A stretch of DNA of 61,262 nucleotides, filler included, from Candidatus Woesearchaeota archaeon (GTDB lineage Archaea > Nanobdellota > Nanobdellia > Woesearchaeales > DATGWN01), in the NCBI GenBank assembly GCA_047603125.1. It is 6 parts of 6 records of this genome, joined end to end, with 100 filler letters (N's around TTAATTAATTAA, not from the genome) between each part and the next. Parts side by side here need not be neighbours in the genome. Positions count along the whole stretch, not along the records: positions 1 to 10,583 come from JBLKOU010000040.1; positions 10,684 to 21,077 come from JBLKOU010000041.1; 4 more parts are not named here. One strand, 5' to 3'. The notes beneath the pieces were generated by a model. It worked only from the letters and a program-made list of their open reading frames with translations. It had not been told where the DNA came from and searched no databases. Below, piece by piece: positions 8,313 through 17,260 of this stretch (position 1 is the first letter of the stretch; each line of letters opens with the position of its first letter). Position numbers and translations under genes: made by a program.

Positions 8313-10137
8313 AGTGTATTATATGGTGATGAAAAATTTTTTACTAATTTTTCGAAATTGGACGAGTTTTACACTTTTAATTCTGGGTCCGTTTTTTTTA
8401 GTCATAATTGTCGGTTTGATTCTTGGAACAGCCACATATCAAGATGTGCCAATTGGTCTTGTTGGTGATTTCTCACAAGTTCAAGAAGTTGTGGAAGCGA
8501 GGTTTGAATTACAAGAATTCTCAACGTCTGCAAGCTGTCTGGCAAGCATTGCTCAATCTAAAACGGTGGTGTGCGTGGATTTAAGTGATTCAGGTTCTAT
8601 TTCAATTCAGTACGATAATTCCAAATTGAGTGTTTCTCAAACAGTAGTGGGTTTTTTAACTCAACACATTGATGCAGCGTCCAGAACATTAGCTGTGGAT
8701 TCCGCGCAGGATGTTTTTTCTCAAATTGGAACGTTGGAAGATTTTTTAAAATCTGCAAATACATCAATAGCTTCATTTGTGCAACAAGGTGAGAGTGTCT
8801 CACAAAATCTAGAAGTATTTCAAAGCGAACTTAATAAGACAAAGCAAAATTTCGAACCTATATATACTGATCTATTGCGTTTGCAAGAAAACGCTACAAA
8901 TCAAACAATTTTAACAGTTATTGATACTTTTCGGTCTGACATTATTCGTTTACAAGGTGAGGTAAATGAAACAAAACAACAAGTAATGCAAATGCGTGAA
9001 GTGGTGGTAAGCCAAAATGAATCATTTTCTCAAATTCGCGAAATCCAAGAAGAAAAAATCGTGGAGTTATTGAATTTTTATAATGAGAATAAAGATAAAA
9101 TGCCTAGTAGTATTCGGGCTGAGTTTGAAGCATTGCAACTAGAACAAATGCTTGAGTTTTTTGATCAGGCTGATTTTGATCAGGTTTCTGATGCTTTGGT
9201 TGATTCTCTAAATAGATTAGAACAGGTCGAAGAGTTATTGGAGCAATATGATCGGGTTCTTTTATCGGCAAGGCTACAAATTCCGGGTTCTATAACTCAA
9301 TTTGATTCGGTTATAGATCAGGCATCTCAAATTTTTGATTTTATAGAGTTTTCTCAGGAGCAGACGAATCAAACAATTTACACTCTTGAAGAAAATGCAC
9401 AGGCGATCGTTTTGGTGCAAGCACAACTACAAGATATTTTCCTTTCATTTGATGAGGTTTCAAACGTAGATGTAGAACAGTTACTCAATCCACTTACTGC
9501 GGGAGCATCTCCTGCTATTGAAGATGCTTCGCCTGTTCAATTGTATTTTCCACTAATTATATCTTTAATTATTCTTTTCTTATCAATTCTATTTTCCAAT
9601 ATTATCATGTTAAATGAAATTTATTCGAGTGCTCAGCTAAGGAATTTTATTTTGCCTTTACAAGATTTTTTTATATTGCTAAGTTTTTTTCTCACAAATC
9701 TAATCATTATACTTTTTCAGATTGCAATATTAGTAATTTTCATGCAAATTCGATTAGATGTGCAATTATTACATCAAATTCCAACTATTTTTTTTGTTAG
9801 TTTCTTTTTGAGTGCTTTTTTCATATTATTGGGGATGGTAATTGCGTATGTAACACATTCAAAAGAAAATTCAATTTTACTGACAACATTTGTTTCTCTC
9901 GGTTTCTTTTTATTTTCTAGTTTTCTTGTAAGTTTAGAAATGCAGACACGTTTTGTTTCTTTTTTTGTTTCATTAAACCCGATTGTTATCTCTAAAGAGA
10001 TTTTACGAAAGGCAGTTCTCTTTGATTTGGGATTTTTCACACATCTTGCCTCTTTTTTTCAGTTGTTGTTTTATGTGTTTATTCTTGCCGTTTTATTGTA
10101 TTTTGTAGTGGCAAGGCACAGATTTCGTTTTAATTAG
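8302..10137 (+). CDS. ABC-2 permease with long extracellular helical insert (YhgE/Pip-like architecture)
   Basis: One N-terminal TM, a long Q/E/L-rich helical region, five to six C-terminal TMs; overlaps the ATPase gene. Confidence 0.75.
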   Translation: MIDKVYYMVMKNFLLIFRNWTSFTLLILGPFFLVIIVGLILGTATYQDVPIGLVGDFSQVQEVVEARFELQEFSTSASCLASIAQSKTVVCVDLSDSGSISIQYDNSKLSVSQTVVGFLTQHIDAASRTLAVDSAQDVFSQIGTLEDFLKSANTSIASFVQQGESVSQNLEVFQSELNKTKQNFEPIYTDLLRLQENATNQTILTVIDTFRSDIIRLQGEVNETKQQVMQMREVVVSQNESFSQIREIQEEKIVELLNFYNENKDKMPSSIRAEFEALQLEQMLEFFDQADFDQVSDALVDSLNRLEQVEELLEQYDRVLLSARLQIPGSITQFDSVIDQASQIFDFIEFSQEQTNQTIYTLEENAQAIVLVQAQLQDIFLSFDEVSNVDVEQLLNPLTAGASPAIEDASPVQLYFPLIISLIILFLSILFSNIIMLNEIYSSAQLRNFILPLQDFFILLSFFLTNLIIILFQIAILVIFMQIRLDVQLLHQIPTIFFVSFFLSAFFILLGMVIAYVTHSKENSILLTTFVSLGFFLFSSFLVSLEMQTRFVSFFVSLNPIVISKEILRKAVLFDLGFFTHLASFFQLLFYVFILAVLLYFVVARHRFRFN

Positions 10138-10146
10138 CTGAATCAT

Positions 10147-10307
10147 TTATTGAGAGTTTCGCGGGTGTAATGCCCCGTCCCTTTAGGGTTGGATACTTAG
10201 AAAATGTCCTAGTTTTCTGGGTTTGAAAAACTTGTGTTTTCCAATTAGCTTTGAGCAGCAAACTTTTGTTATTGTTCGTTGCAGAAATTTGTTTTTTTAA
10301 TGATGCT
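10147..10307 (-). mobile_element. Hairpin module B copy with a decayed terminal repeat
   Basis: 10147-10273 is the reverse complement of 12858-13047 minus an internal segment; ttttttaatgatgct resembles ttggatgaagcc. Confidence 0.75.
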
Positions 10308-10324
10308 TGTTCTGAGTATGTTTT

Positions 10325-10501
10325 TAGTTAGTGGTAAAAGAAAAGCATAACCCCTTGGCGTAAAATCAAAAATCAGAGTGATTGTTTGAAAGCTTCTTTC
10401 AAACTTGAGGGTGGAAAATTCAAAAATATACAGCTCTGATTTTGCAAACTTGACAACTGTTACGAAATTGCCGAGTTCTGCGAAATTAATGCCATCGACT
10501 A
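10325..10501 (+). mobile_element. MITE, TAGT...ACTA shell, core plus 45-nt loop insert
   Basis: Homologous to 42011-42144 and 17106-17239; TTT on both flanks. Confidence 0.85.
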
Positions 10502-10512
10502 TTTTGTCGTAC

Positions 10513-10583
10513 GTAAAAAGTCAGGTCTTTACCATTCTTAGATTTTGAAAGATATTTTTCCCTTGTAATTTCCAAGTATGTAT
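10513..10583 (-). mobile_element. Right end of an IS66-family (ISBst12-like) element, cut by the contig end
   Basis: Minus strand reads IHTWKLQGKNIFQNLRMVKT* (TxKLQGxNxF, like IS66 transposase C-termini) and ends CCTGACTTTTTAC. Confidence 0.55.
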
Positions 10584-10683
10584 NNNNNNNNNNNNNNNNN
10601 NNNNNNNNNNNNNNNNNNNNNNNNNNNTTAATTAATTAANNNNNNNNNNNNNNNNNNNNNNNNNNNNNNNNNNNNNNNNNNNN
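10584..10683. other. Artificial contig linker
   Basis: N-run, TTAATTAATTAA, N-run. Confidence 0.99.
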
Positions 10684-10823
10684 TCCTTGTCATTTTTTAT
10701 CACCAATTATAGTTTTTTAAACTATAATAAAAAATGCGGGGTTTAACATACAATCATAGACAATTTTTTTAAAAGAGCTTTTAAAAAATTTTCTTTTCAA
10801 AAAATTATTTGTGAACAACAAAC

Positions 10824-11357
10824 TCATTCTTTTTCTTTGCAGCTATACAAATGTTCATCTAAACGAATAACAAAGCCAGAATCTTTTTGATAATCAATTG
10901 TACAACCTGAGAGTTTTTGATATGTTTGCGAATCTGTTACTATTTTTGCACCATCGCTCAAGATGAGTTGATCGGTTGCTGTTGCACCGTCTTGAACAGA
11001 ATAGAAAAAATCACTTGTTTCAAGTAAGAATTCTAATCGAAAAACACCAAAAGGTTTTTGTTTTTTAATGAGTTCATTTTTTATTTGTGTTGTTGCACTT
11101 ACACTCACGCGCACATGCTCTGTCTGTTCTTGCTCGTCTTGTTCTTGTACGGCAAGTTCATTTGCATCAGCTAACATCATATCAATAGTTTGCTCATCCA
11201 TTCCATGTCCACGAGCCCCTTCTTCAATAGTCTCCCAACTAGAAACATGACAACCCACGCACGCAAGACCGTATTCACCAAAAATTTCTGCAGCTTTTGG
11301 ATAGGTTTGTACAATTTCTAAAATGAGCATGTCCCGTGTTATAAGCTCCTTTGTCAT
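10824..11357 (-). CDS. DUF1858 domain fused to a degenerate HesB/IscA-like domain
   Basis: ITRDMLILEIVQTYP...GLACVGC...ETIEEGARGHG; C-terminal GCTIDY...SGF. Confidence 0.8.
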   Translation of the reverse strand: MTKELITRDMLILEIVQTYPKAAEIFGEYGLACVGCHVSSWETIEEGARGHGMDEQTIDMMLADANELAVQEQDEQEQTEHVRVSVSATTQIKNELIKKQKPFGVFRLEFLLETSDFFYSVQDGATATDQLILSDGAKIVTDSQTYQKLSGCTIDYQKDSGFVIRLDEHLYSCKEKE

Positions 11358-11429
11358 GGAGAAAAGAAAAAAGTAAGGATTTTTAAAACTATCCTTACAA
11401 AAGTTTGAGAACAAATCTTAATGCAATCT

Positions 11430-11534
11430 TAATGCGACGATTCTTAACAGCGGTTCATCTCGCGAATTTCTCCGGCGCGCAGGTTTGCGAAATTCTGATT
11501 CTGCGCCAAGGCATTATACGTTTTTATGTAGCTA
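11430..11534 (-). mobile_element. Structured repeat, variant D
   Basis: Reverse complement of 37874-37985 and 41692-41802. Confidence 0.8.
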
Positions 11535-12197
11535 TCTTTGTAAAAAGTACCTTGAAAATTGTCTGGCAATGGCTGGAGAAAATACACCTGCCAATCGTTC
11601 TCGACTGACTGTTACAGAAGGAGTTTGAGATAAGTCATAGATTTTTCCTAAGTCACCTGGTTTAGCCGTTTCATTATTCATTTCATGGGCTCTTTGTAAT
11701 GATTGTGGGATAATCTGAACTGATTTTTTCCGTCCCCATTTCACATCCTGTGCAATCGCTTTACAAATTGAATCCCAGTGTAAGGCCATTCGCTGTGGTG
11801 AAATACCTTTTCCATTCAAGTCATTGTTATATTCAAACACACTGTACTTATGTGCTGGCGGAGAAAAAATTAAGCGAGGTCTATGCAACCCTTCATAATC
11901 TGATCGTATATGCCCAAGCATTCTCCAGGACTTATCAGGTTCTAGAAAATAATCAAAGCGTGTTAATAAGTCTACATTTGGACGATCACGAATAATGTCT
12001 ACGGTAATACAATGATTATTATTGAGTCTGTGCTCTAAAAACAAGGGATCATAAATATCCACGGGCGTATGATTACGAACGATTGGTTTTAAAAAGACTG
12101 AAATATTCGAGGGTGAATCATTTAAAACTGCCAAATTATAATCATATTCTTGAGATTTACCATTGAATTCATAGCCAATATGTACTTTTTTCTTCAT
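11532..12197 (-). CDS. Hypothetical protein
   Basis: 221-aa ORF; TATA-like tttataaa upstream; no recognised motif. Confidence 0.6.
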   Translation of the reverse strand: MKKKVHIGYEFNGKSQEYDYNLAVLNDSPSNISVFLKPIVRNHTPVDIYDPLFLEHRLNNNHCITVDIIRDRPNVDLLTRFDYFLEPDKSWRMLGHIRSDYEGLHRPRLIFSPPAHKYSVFEYNNDLNGKGISPQRMALHWDSICKAIAQDVKWGRKKSVQIIPQSLQRAHEMNNETAKPGDLGKIYDLSQTPSVTVSRERLAGVFSPAIARQFSRYFLQR

Positions 12198-12254
12198 AAA
12201 CGTGCAAGAAAAATGTGCTATTTATAAATATTTCGTCACAGAAAAGTAGAAACG

Positions 12255-12731
12255 TCACATAATCAGTAAATGAATCCCATATCCAATATAATGTGTTGCT
12301 ACAACAACGACTATTGCAGCCAAAATATGCAAACTCACTGTTTTATAGGGATTTGTATGTTGCTTTTTTGCTAAATAGAGTGTGAATAACCCAATAAGAG
12401 AAAAACCCCAAATTATTGATAATGAAACAGCAATAGGCGTGTCAAAAACAAGAAAAAAAAGAAGAAAAGAAATTGCAAAAATGAATTTTGCCAAAAATGT
12501 TGTAATAGATGTCGTCCACAATGTTGAGTTTTTTGAGCCCTGTGATTCTTCTGATAAATGAATGCCCATCGCATCTGAGAGCCCATCTGCAAGTGCAATA
12601 ACAGCTATTGCTGCCATGATTGTCTCTTTTGAGGCTGTACTTGCATTAATACCAATAATTAACCCTAGTGTTGTAATGATACCGGATGTCAGGCCAAAAC
12701 TAATACCTTTGAGGAGAGAACGATTGTTCAT
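12255..12731 (-). CDS. VIT1/CCC1-family membrane protein
   Basis: FGLTSGIITTLGLI; ADGLSDAMGIHLSEES. Confidence 0.85.
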   Translation of the reverse strand: MNNRSLLKGISFGLTSGIITTLGLIIGINASTASKETIMAAIAVIALADGLSDAMGIHLSEESQGSKNSTLWTTSITTFLAKFIFAISFLLFFLVFDTPIAVSLSIIWGFSLIGLFTLYLAKKQHTNPYKTVSLHILAAIVVVVATHYIGYGIHLLIM

Positions 12732-12805
12732 ACCTTCTTTTTAAAAACTTGAATTTATATGTGTTTTGGCTGGTTTTTCTTTATCCATACTTATCGACAA
12801 AGCAA

Positions 12806-12838
12806 CAAGGCATTATAATTTTTTATTGTCGCGAACTA
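12806..12838 (-). repeat. Solo left end of the TAGT-shell variant D element
   Basis: Reverse complement TAGTTCGCGACAATAAAAAATTATAATGCCTTG matches the start of the 37874 element. Confidence 0.7.
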
Positions 12839-12843
12839 CACCC

Positions 12844-13224
12844 GGCTTCATCCAAAAAATAACAAAAGTTCGCTGCTCGAAGCTAATTGAAAAACACAAG
12901 TTTTTCAAACCCAGAAAACTAGGAAATTTTCTAGGTATCCCCGCCCTGAAGGGACGGGGTATTACGCTTCTCACCTAATCGCGAACTTTTGAATTGAGAG
13001 TTTGCGGACTAAAGTCCGGGGTATTATACCCGCGAAACTCTCAATAAGAAAAAAGAGCACCTTGCAGCAAAGTCAGAACATTTGGTGATTGTTTGAAAGC
13101 TTCTTTCAAACTTGAGGATGGGAATCCGAAAAGTTGCAGCCAAAATTTCGCATGATACTCAAAGCGGGACTCTTGAGCAAAATCTGCGTGCTCTTTTTTT
13201 GAAAAACAATTATTGGATGAAGCC
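12844..13224 (+). mobile_element. Composite MITE, 381 bp (GGCTTCATCC shell; module B, core and loop insert)
   Basis: TIR GGCTTCATCCAA/TTGGATGAAGCC; imperfect flanking duplication ACTACACCC/ACTCACCC; core at 13055-13193. Confidence 0.9.
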
Positions 13225-13270
13225 ACTCACCCAGAAAGTATTTAAATACTCCACATACTCAAATTTTGTT

Positions 13271-15187
13271 ATGAAATACAGAGAATTTACACTGGATCCA
13301 TTCCAGGAACAAGCAATCCAATCAATTGATAAAAATCATTCAGTCGTTGTCAGTGCCGCAACAGGAACAGGAAAGACACTGATTGCAGACTATGTTATTA
13401 ACAAAGCTATCCAAGAAGAGAAACGTGCAGTATACACCGCACCAATTAAGGCTCTTTCAAATCAGAAGTTTCGTGAATTTACCACACTCTATGGCAAACA
13501 AGCCATTGGACTTCTTACAGGGGATATTGTCATTAATCCACAAGCACAAATTTTGATTATGACAACAGAAATTTATAGAAATATGCTCCTAGAAAAAAGT
13601 CCGGATATTCAAACAATTTCCTATGTCATTTTTGATGAAATTCACTACATCAATGATCGCGAACGTGGAACTGTCTGGGAAGAATCGATTATTTTCTCAC
13701 CGGAAAATGTTCGATTTTTATGTTTGAGTGCAACTATTCCTAACTATAAACAATTTGCACAATGGATTGAATTTATTAAACACCACACTGTTGATACAGT
13801 TAATTATATGAAACGAGCAGTTCCTCTTGAACATTCTTGTTATGATTTTAAATTTGGAATTACCTCCATTGATAAGATTATAAAAGATACAAAACAAGAG
13901 CGATTTGTTCGACGAAATAAAAAAAACAAGCGTCAAGCACTCCCAGTTCCTAATCACATTCACTTGATTAAAGAATTACATGAAGAACAAAAACTTCCTG
14001 CAATCTTTTTCTCATTTTCTCGTGCGCAATGTGAAAAGCGTGCGGTTGAGCTTGCAAAAAAGCATGACTTTACAAATCCTGCACAAAAAAAAGAAATTAT
14101 TCAAATTACACGAGAAATGATTAGTGACACTATTCGTGATTTACATAGTACGCATCAACTCAAAGCAGTATTACAAAAGGGAATTGGAATTCATCATGCA
14201 GGAATGCTTGCAAAACAAAAAGAGATTGTTGAGCATTTATTTGATAAAGGACTCTTAAAAGTCTTATATGCAACAGAAACATTTGCCGTTGGAATTAACA
14301 TGCCTGCAAAATCAGTTTGCTTCTCTTCTTTACAAAAATATGATGGATTGAGTTTTCGACTCTTAGATGCAAAAGAATATTTTCAATTAGCAGGTCGAGC
14401 AGGAAGACGAGGAATTGACACGGTTGGGTATGCGATTGCACTCATTGATAGAAATCAACATGAAGATTTTGAGCAGATAAAACAACTTACAACAAAAGAT
14501 GAGGATGGAATTATTAGCCGATATCAACTCTCCTATAATACGGTTTTAAATTTAATTAAACAGTTTGATGAACAGCAAATTCAACAAATCCTCAAACAAA
14601 ATTTTGGCTACTTTGTCAAACAACAATCAAAGCAACAGTTTCAAATCACACAGAGTTTTGCAAATTATAAGACAAACTTGGAAAAGCTTGGTTTTTTAGA
14701 AAATGGACAGCTTACATGGAAGGGTGAATTTGCAACTCGAATTTACACGAGTGAACTCGAAATCGCAGAACTTGTCTTTGGCGGATACTTAGAAAACTTA
14801 AGTGACCCACAAATTGCAACACTTTTGGGTTCTATTATTTACGAGCCTCGACGAATGGATCATTTTAATATTAAAGGAGTGCAAATTGATGATATTTTAC
14901 ACGTTATTAGCGACAATAAATTACTAAATAGAAAAATCAAAAAGCTCCATCTCAAGCGTGTTCGAAAAACAATCGAGAGCTGGGTTCGTCAAAAAGATTT
15001 CGAGTATATTCTGGACTTATCAAATTTGGCAGAAGGAGATATTATACGAATTTTTCGCCAACTCGTCGATATCTTACGCCAAATAAAAGGCTCACTACTT
15101 GCAACAGAACCGCACAACCCACTTGTTGAACGAATAAACACACTCCTAGAAAAAATTGATAGGGACATTGTTTCGGTGGAATTATAA
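13271..15187 (+). CDS. Ski2/HelY-like DEAD/DEAH-box RNA helicase
   Basis: AATGTGKT, TAPIKALSNQK, DEIH, QLAGRAGRRG, DSHCT-like C-terminus; start set at ATG 13271, outside the MITE. Confidence 0.92.
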   Translation: MKYREFTLDPFQEQAIQSIDKNHSVVVSAATGTGKTLIADYVINKAIQEEKRAVYTAPIKALSNQKFREFTTLYGKQAIGLLTGDIVINPQAQILIMTTEIYRNMLLEKSPDIQTISYVIFDEIHYINDRERGTVWEESIIFSPENVRFLCLSATIPNYKQFAQWIEFIKHHTVDTVNYMKRAVPLEHSCYDFKFGITSIDKIIKDTKQERFVRRNKKNKRQALPVPNHIHLIKELHEEQKLPAIFFSFSRAQCEKRAVELAKKHDFTNPAQKKEIIQITREMISDTIRDLHSTHQLKAVLQKGIGIHHAGMLAKQKEIVEHLFDKGLLKVLYATETFAVGINMPAKSVCFSSLQKYDGLSFRLLDAKEYFQLAGRAGRRGIDTVGYAIALIDRNQHEDFEQIKQLTTKDEDGIISRYQLSYNTVLNLIKQFDEQQIQQILKQNFGYFVKQQSKQQFQITQSFANYKTNLEKLGFLENGQLTWKGEFATRIYTSELEIAELVFGGYLENLSDPQIATLLGSIIYEPRRMDHFNIKGVQIDDILHVISDNKLLNRKIKKLHLKRVRKTIESWVRQKDFEYILDLSNLAEGDIIRIFRQLVDILRQIKGSLLATEPHNPLVERINTLLEKIDRDIVSVEL

Positions 15188-15753
15188 TGCAAGGTGCAGA
15201 AGCAATCATTACTATAGAAAACGGCATTGTCACAAAATATCGGCCAAGTAAACACTATCGCATTGCAGAGCTTGACAGACAATTTACTGTGCTTCGAACG
15301 CGAAAGGAAGCAAAGATTCTTCAAAAAGCATACGACCTTGGTATTGCTGTTCCAAAAATACTCAGCGTTAATGAATCTACACACACTATTACAATGGAGC
15401 ACATACCGGGCGAGAAAGTTCGGGACTGCTTAACTGCAAAAAATCAAAAAGAAATTGCACACCAAATTGGACAAACACTCAAACAATTACATGATGCAAA
15501 TATTATTCACGGCGACTTAACAACATCAAATATGATTCTTAAAGATAAGGCTGTTTACTTTATTGATTTTGGTCTGAGTTATATCTCAAAAAAGATTGAA
15601 GATAAAGCAGTGGACTTGCATTTACTCAAGAGCGCTCTTGATTCGTATCATGTTAATACGACAATATTTTCGCTTATTCTAGAATCGTATAATGATGCCT
15701 CTGTTGTGAAACGCTTTGAAATTGTTCAAAAAAGAGGAAAAAACAAACATTAA
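15187..15753 (+). CDS. bud32: KEOPS kinase Bud32
   Basis: QGAEA, RTRKEAK, HGDLTTSN, IDFGL, EDKAVDL. Confidence 0.93.
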   Translation: MQGAEAIITIENGIVTKYRPSKHYRIAELDRQFTVLRTRKEAKILQKAYDLGIAVPKILSVNESTHTITMEHIPGEKVRDCLTAKNQKEIAHQIGQTLKQLHDANIIHGDLTTSNMILKDKAVYFIDFGLSYISKKIEDKAVDLHLLKSALDSYHVNTTIFSLILESYNDASVVKRFEIVQKRGKNKH

Positions 15754-15771
15754 AAAAAAGAAAAGAAAAAA

Positions 15772-16215
15772 TTATTCCAGATCTATTTTTGTTTTTGTTA
15801 CTTGACCCATTGCTTCAACTTCAACCCAGACAGTTCTTTGGTCTTCTGATAGAAAATAGTTTGTGGTTGTAACAATTTCACCAACATATTCCACATCCAT
15901 TCGCTGTTCTTGGAACATATGACAAACGACAACTCCTTCATATTGCGACTCACCAATAATCTCCGACTCAATTGTGATTTGCTCATCATCAAAAGAGTAA
16001 ATGGAACCTGCAATACACCATTGTGATAGAGGAACAGAACCGACTAAATCTTGAACTTCTTCAATGACTTGTGTTGTCACTTCTACCGTATCATTAACAA
16101 CTTGCACAACGGAATCACTTTGGTTATACACCAATCGATCTTCGCCGAGTTGATTTTGTTCAACAATGTCTTCGAGAGGTTGATCAGCTGCACAACCAAC
16201 AAGAAGTAAACCCAA
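15772..16215 (-). CDS. Lipoprotein-like hypothetical protein (start uncertain)
   Basis: LLLVGC lipobox-like motif; acidic, beta-rich body with WC...C. Confidence 0.65.
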   Translation of the reverse strand: MGLLLVGCAADQPLEDIVEQNQLGEDRLVYNQSDSVVQVVNDTVEVTTQVIEEVQDLVGSVPLSQWCIAGSIYSFDDEQITIESEIIGESQYEGVVVCHMFQEQRMDVEYVGEIVTTTNYFLSEDQRTVWVEVEAMGQVTKTKIDLE

Positions 16216-16298
16216 TAATCCTATGAAATAAAATATCTTATTTATTCGGTATATTATAACAGATATATTTAAAAATATTTGTAAAAAAAAGAAAAAAA

Positions 16299-16472
16299 TT
16301 AATCTTCTAATCGTTCGTCTTCATCGAGATTGAGATCATCTTCCTCTTGTGAATCTTGCTCAAAACCTTCGATAAAACCAGCTTCAGCACCAGAAATACC
16401 TTCACTTTCTACTTGGCTCTCTCGACCAGATTCTTCGTACGGATTTTCTTCATCAATAAATTCTTCGTCCAT
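16299..16472 (-). CDS. 57-aa highly acidic protein
   Basis: MDEEFIDEENPYEESGRESQVESEGISGAEAGFIEGFEQD...; GGAGG upstream; follows the 16475 gene. Confidence 0.65.
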   Translation of the reverse strand: MDEEFIDEENPYEESGRESQVESEGISGAEAGFIEGFEQDSQEEDDLNLDEDERLED

Positions 16473-16474
16473 AG

Positions 16475-17062
16475 TTATCCTCCCACAGGTTGTGGATACC
16501 CGCCTTCAGGATGAAAGAGCGGTGCGCGATCGCTGAGTGTCATTAATCCTAAATATTGTTTCACTCGTTCAAATAAATCATTAACGATATCAAACAAATC
16601 ATCCTCATTATTATCAATTTGGCTTCTGTAGTGATATCGGTAAATATAATCCCATAATAGTTGACTTATTGCACCTTTTTGCCATTTTTCTTTTCGATCA
16701 AAAATGACTCTTGCATTAATTGAGAGCAGTATCTCCCCATCATGTGTTTTTATTTTTTGATTATTATGCATAATCTCTTTTTTTTTATGCACGAGTAATT
16801 GGCAATCAACGTCTATTTCTAAGTCAAAAAGCTCTGAATGTTTTTTAACTGTTCGCCACCAAAACCAAACATTCTTTGCTCCGCCTCCGGGCAAAATGAC
16901 TTCATTATAATATTCTTCAATATTTTCATCCCCTTCAGGATGCACGAATCCGCGCGATGTTAAAAACTCAAACATCATCTTGTACAGGTTTTCAAAATTA
17001 TGCACACCCTTAAAATTGAGCATCCACTTTCCTGCAAGCGGTTTTTCTGTGACAGTTGCCAT
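16475..17062 (-). CDS. Hypothetical protein
   Basis: 195-aa ORF with globular composition. Confidence 0.7.
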   Translation of the reverse strand: MATVTEKPLAGKWMLNFKGVHNFENLYKMMFEFLTSRGFVHPEGDENIEEYYNEVILPGGGAKNVWFWWRTVKKHSELFDLEIDVDCQLLVHKKKEIMHNNQKIKTHDGEILLSINARVIFDRKEKWQKGAISQLLWDYIYRYHYRSQIDNNEDDLFDIVNDLFERVKQYLGLMTLSDRAPLFHPEGGYPQPVGG

Positions 17063-17105
17063 AAGAGTATTTATCACGGGCTGGTTTATAAAACTTATGT
17101 GGATA

Positions 17106-17239
17106 TAGTCGACGACATTAATTTCGCATAACTCGGCGATTTCACGACAGCTGTCAAGTTTGCAAAATCAGAGCTGCATGAATCGCTCTGATTTTTGATT
17201 TTACGCCAAGGAGTTATGCTTTTCTTTTGCCGCTAACTA
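17106..17239 (-). mobile_element. MITE, TAGT...ACTA shell, 134 bp
   Basis: Reverse complement of 42011-42144, one difference seen; ATA on both flanks. Confidence 0.9.
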
Positions 17240-17260
17240 ATAAAAGACTTATTTTCAGAA

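Noticed and set aside
10584..10683. Repeated TTAATTAATTAA palindrome within N-runs (five times)
   Set aside because: Artificial linker with stops in all frames; gene adjacency across linkers was ignored
13091..13111. GTTTGAAAG-CTT-CTTTCAAAC as a CRISPR repeat
   Set aside because: Occurs singly inside MITEs; no repeat-spacer periodicity and no cas genes in the window
13112..13270. N-terminal extension of the Ski2-like helicase in the ORF track
   Set aside because: Reads through the MITE; a TATA-like tttaaata lies just before ATG 13271, where helicase-like sequence begins
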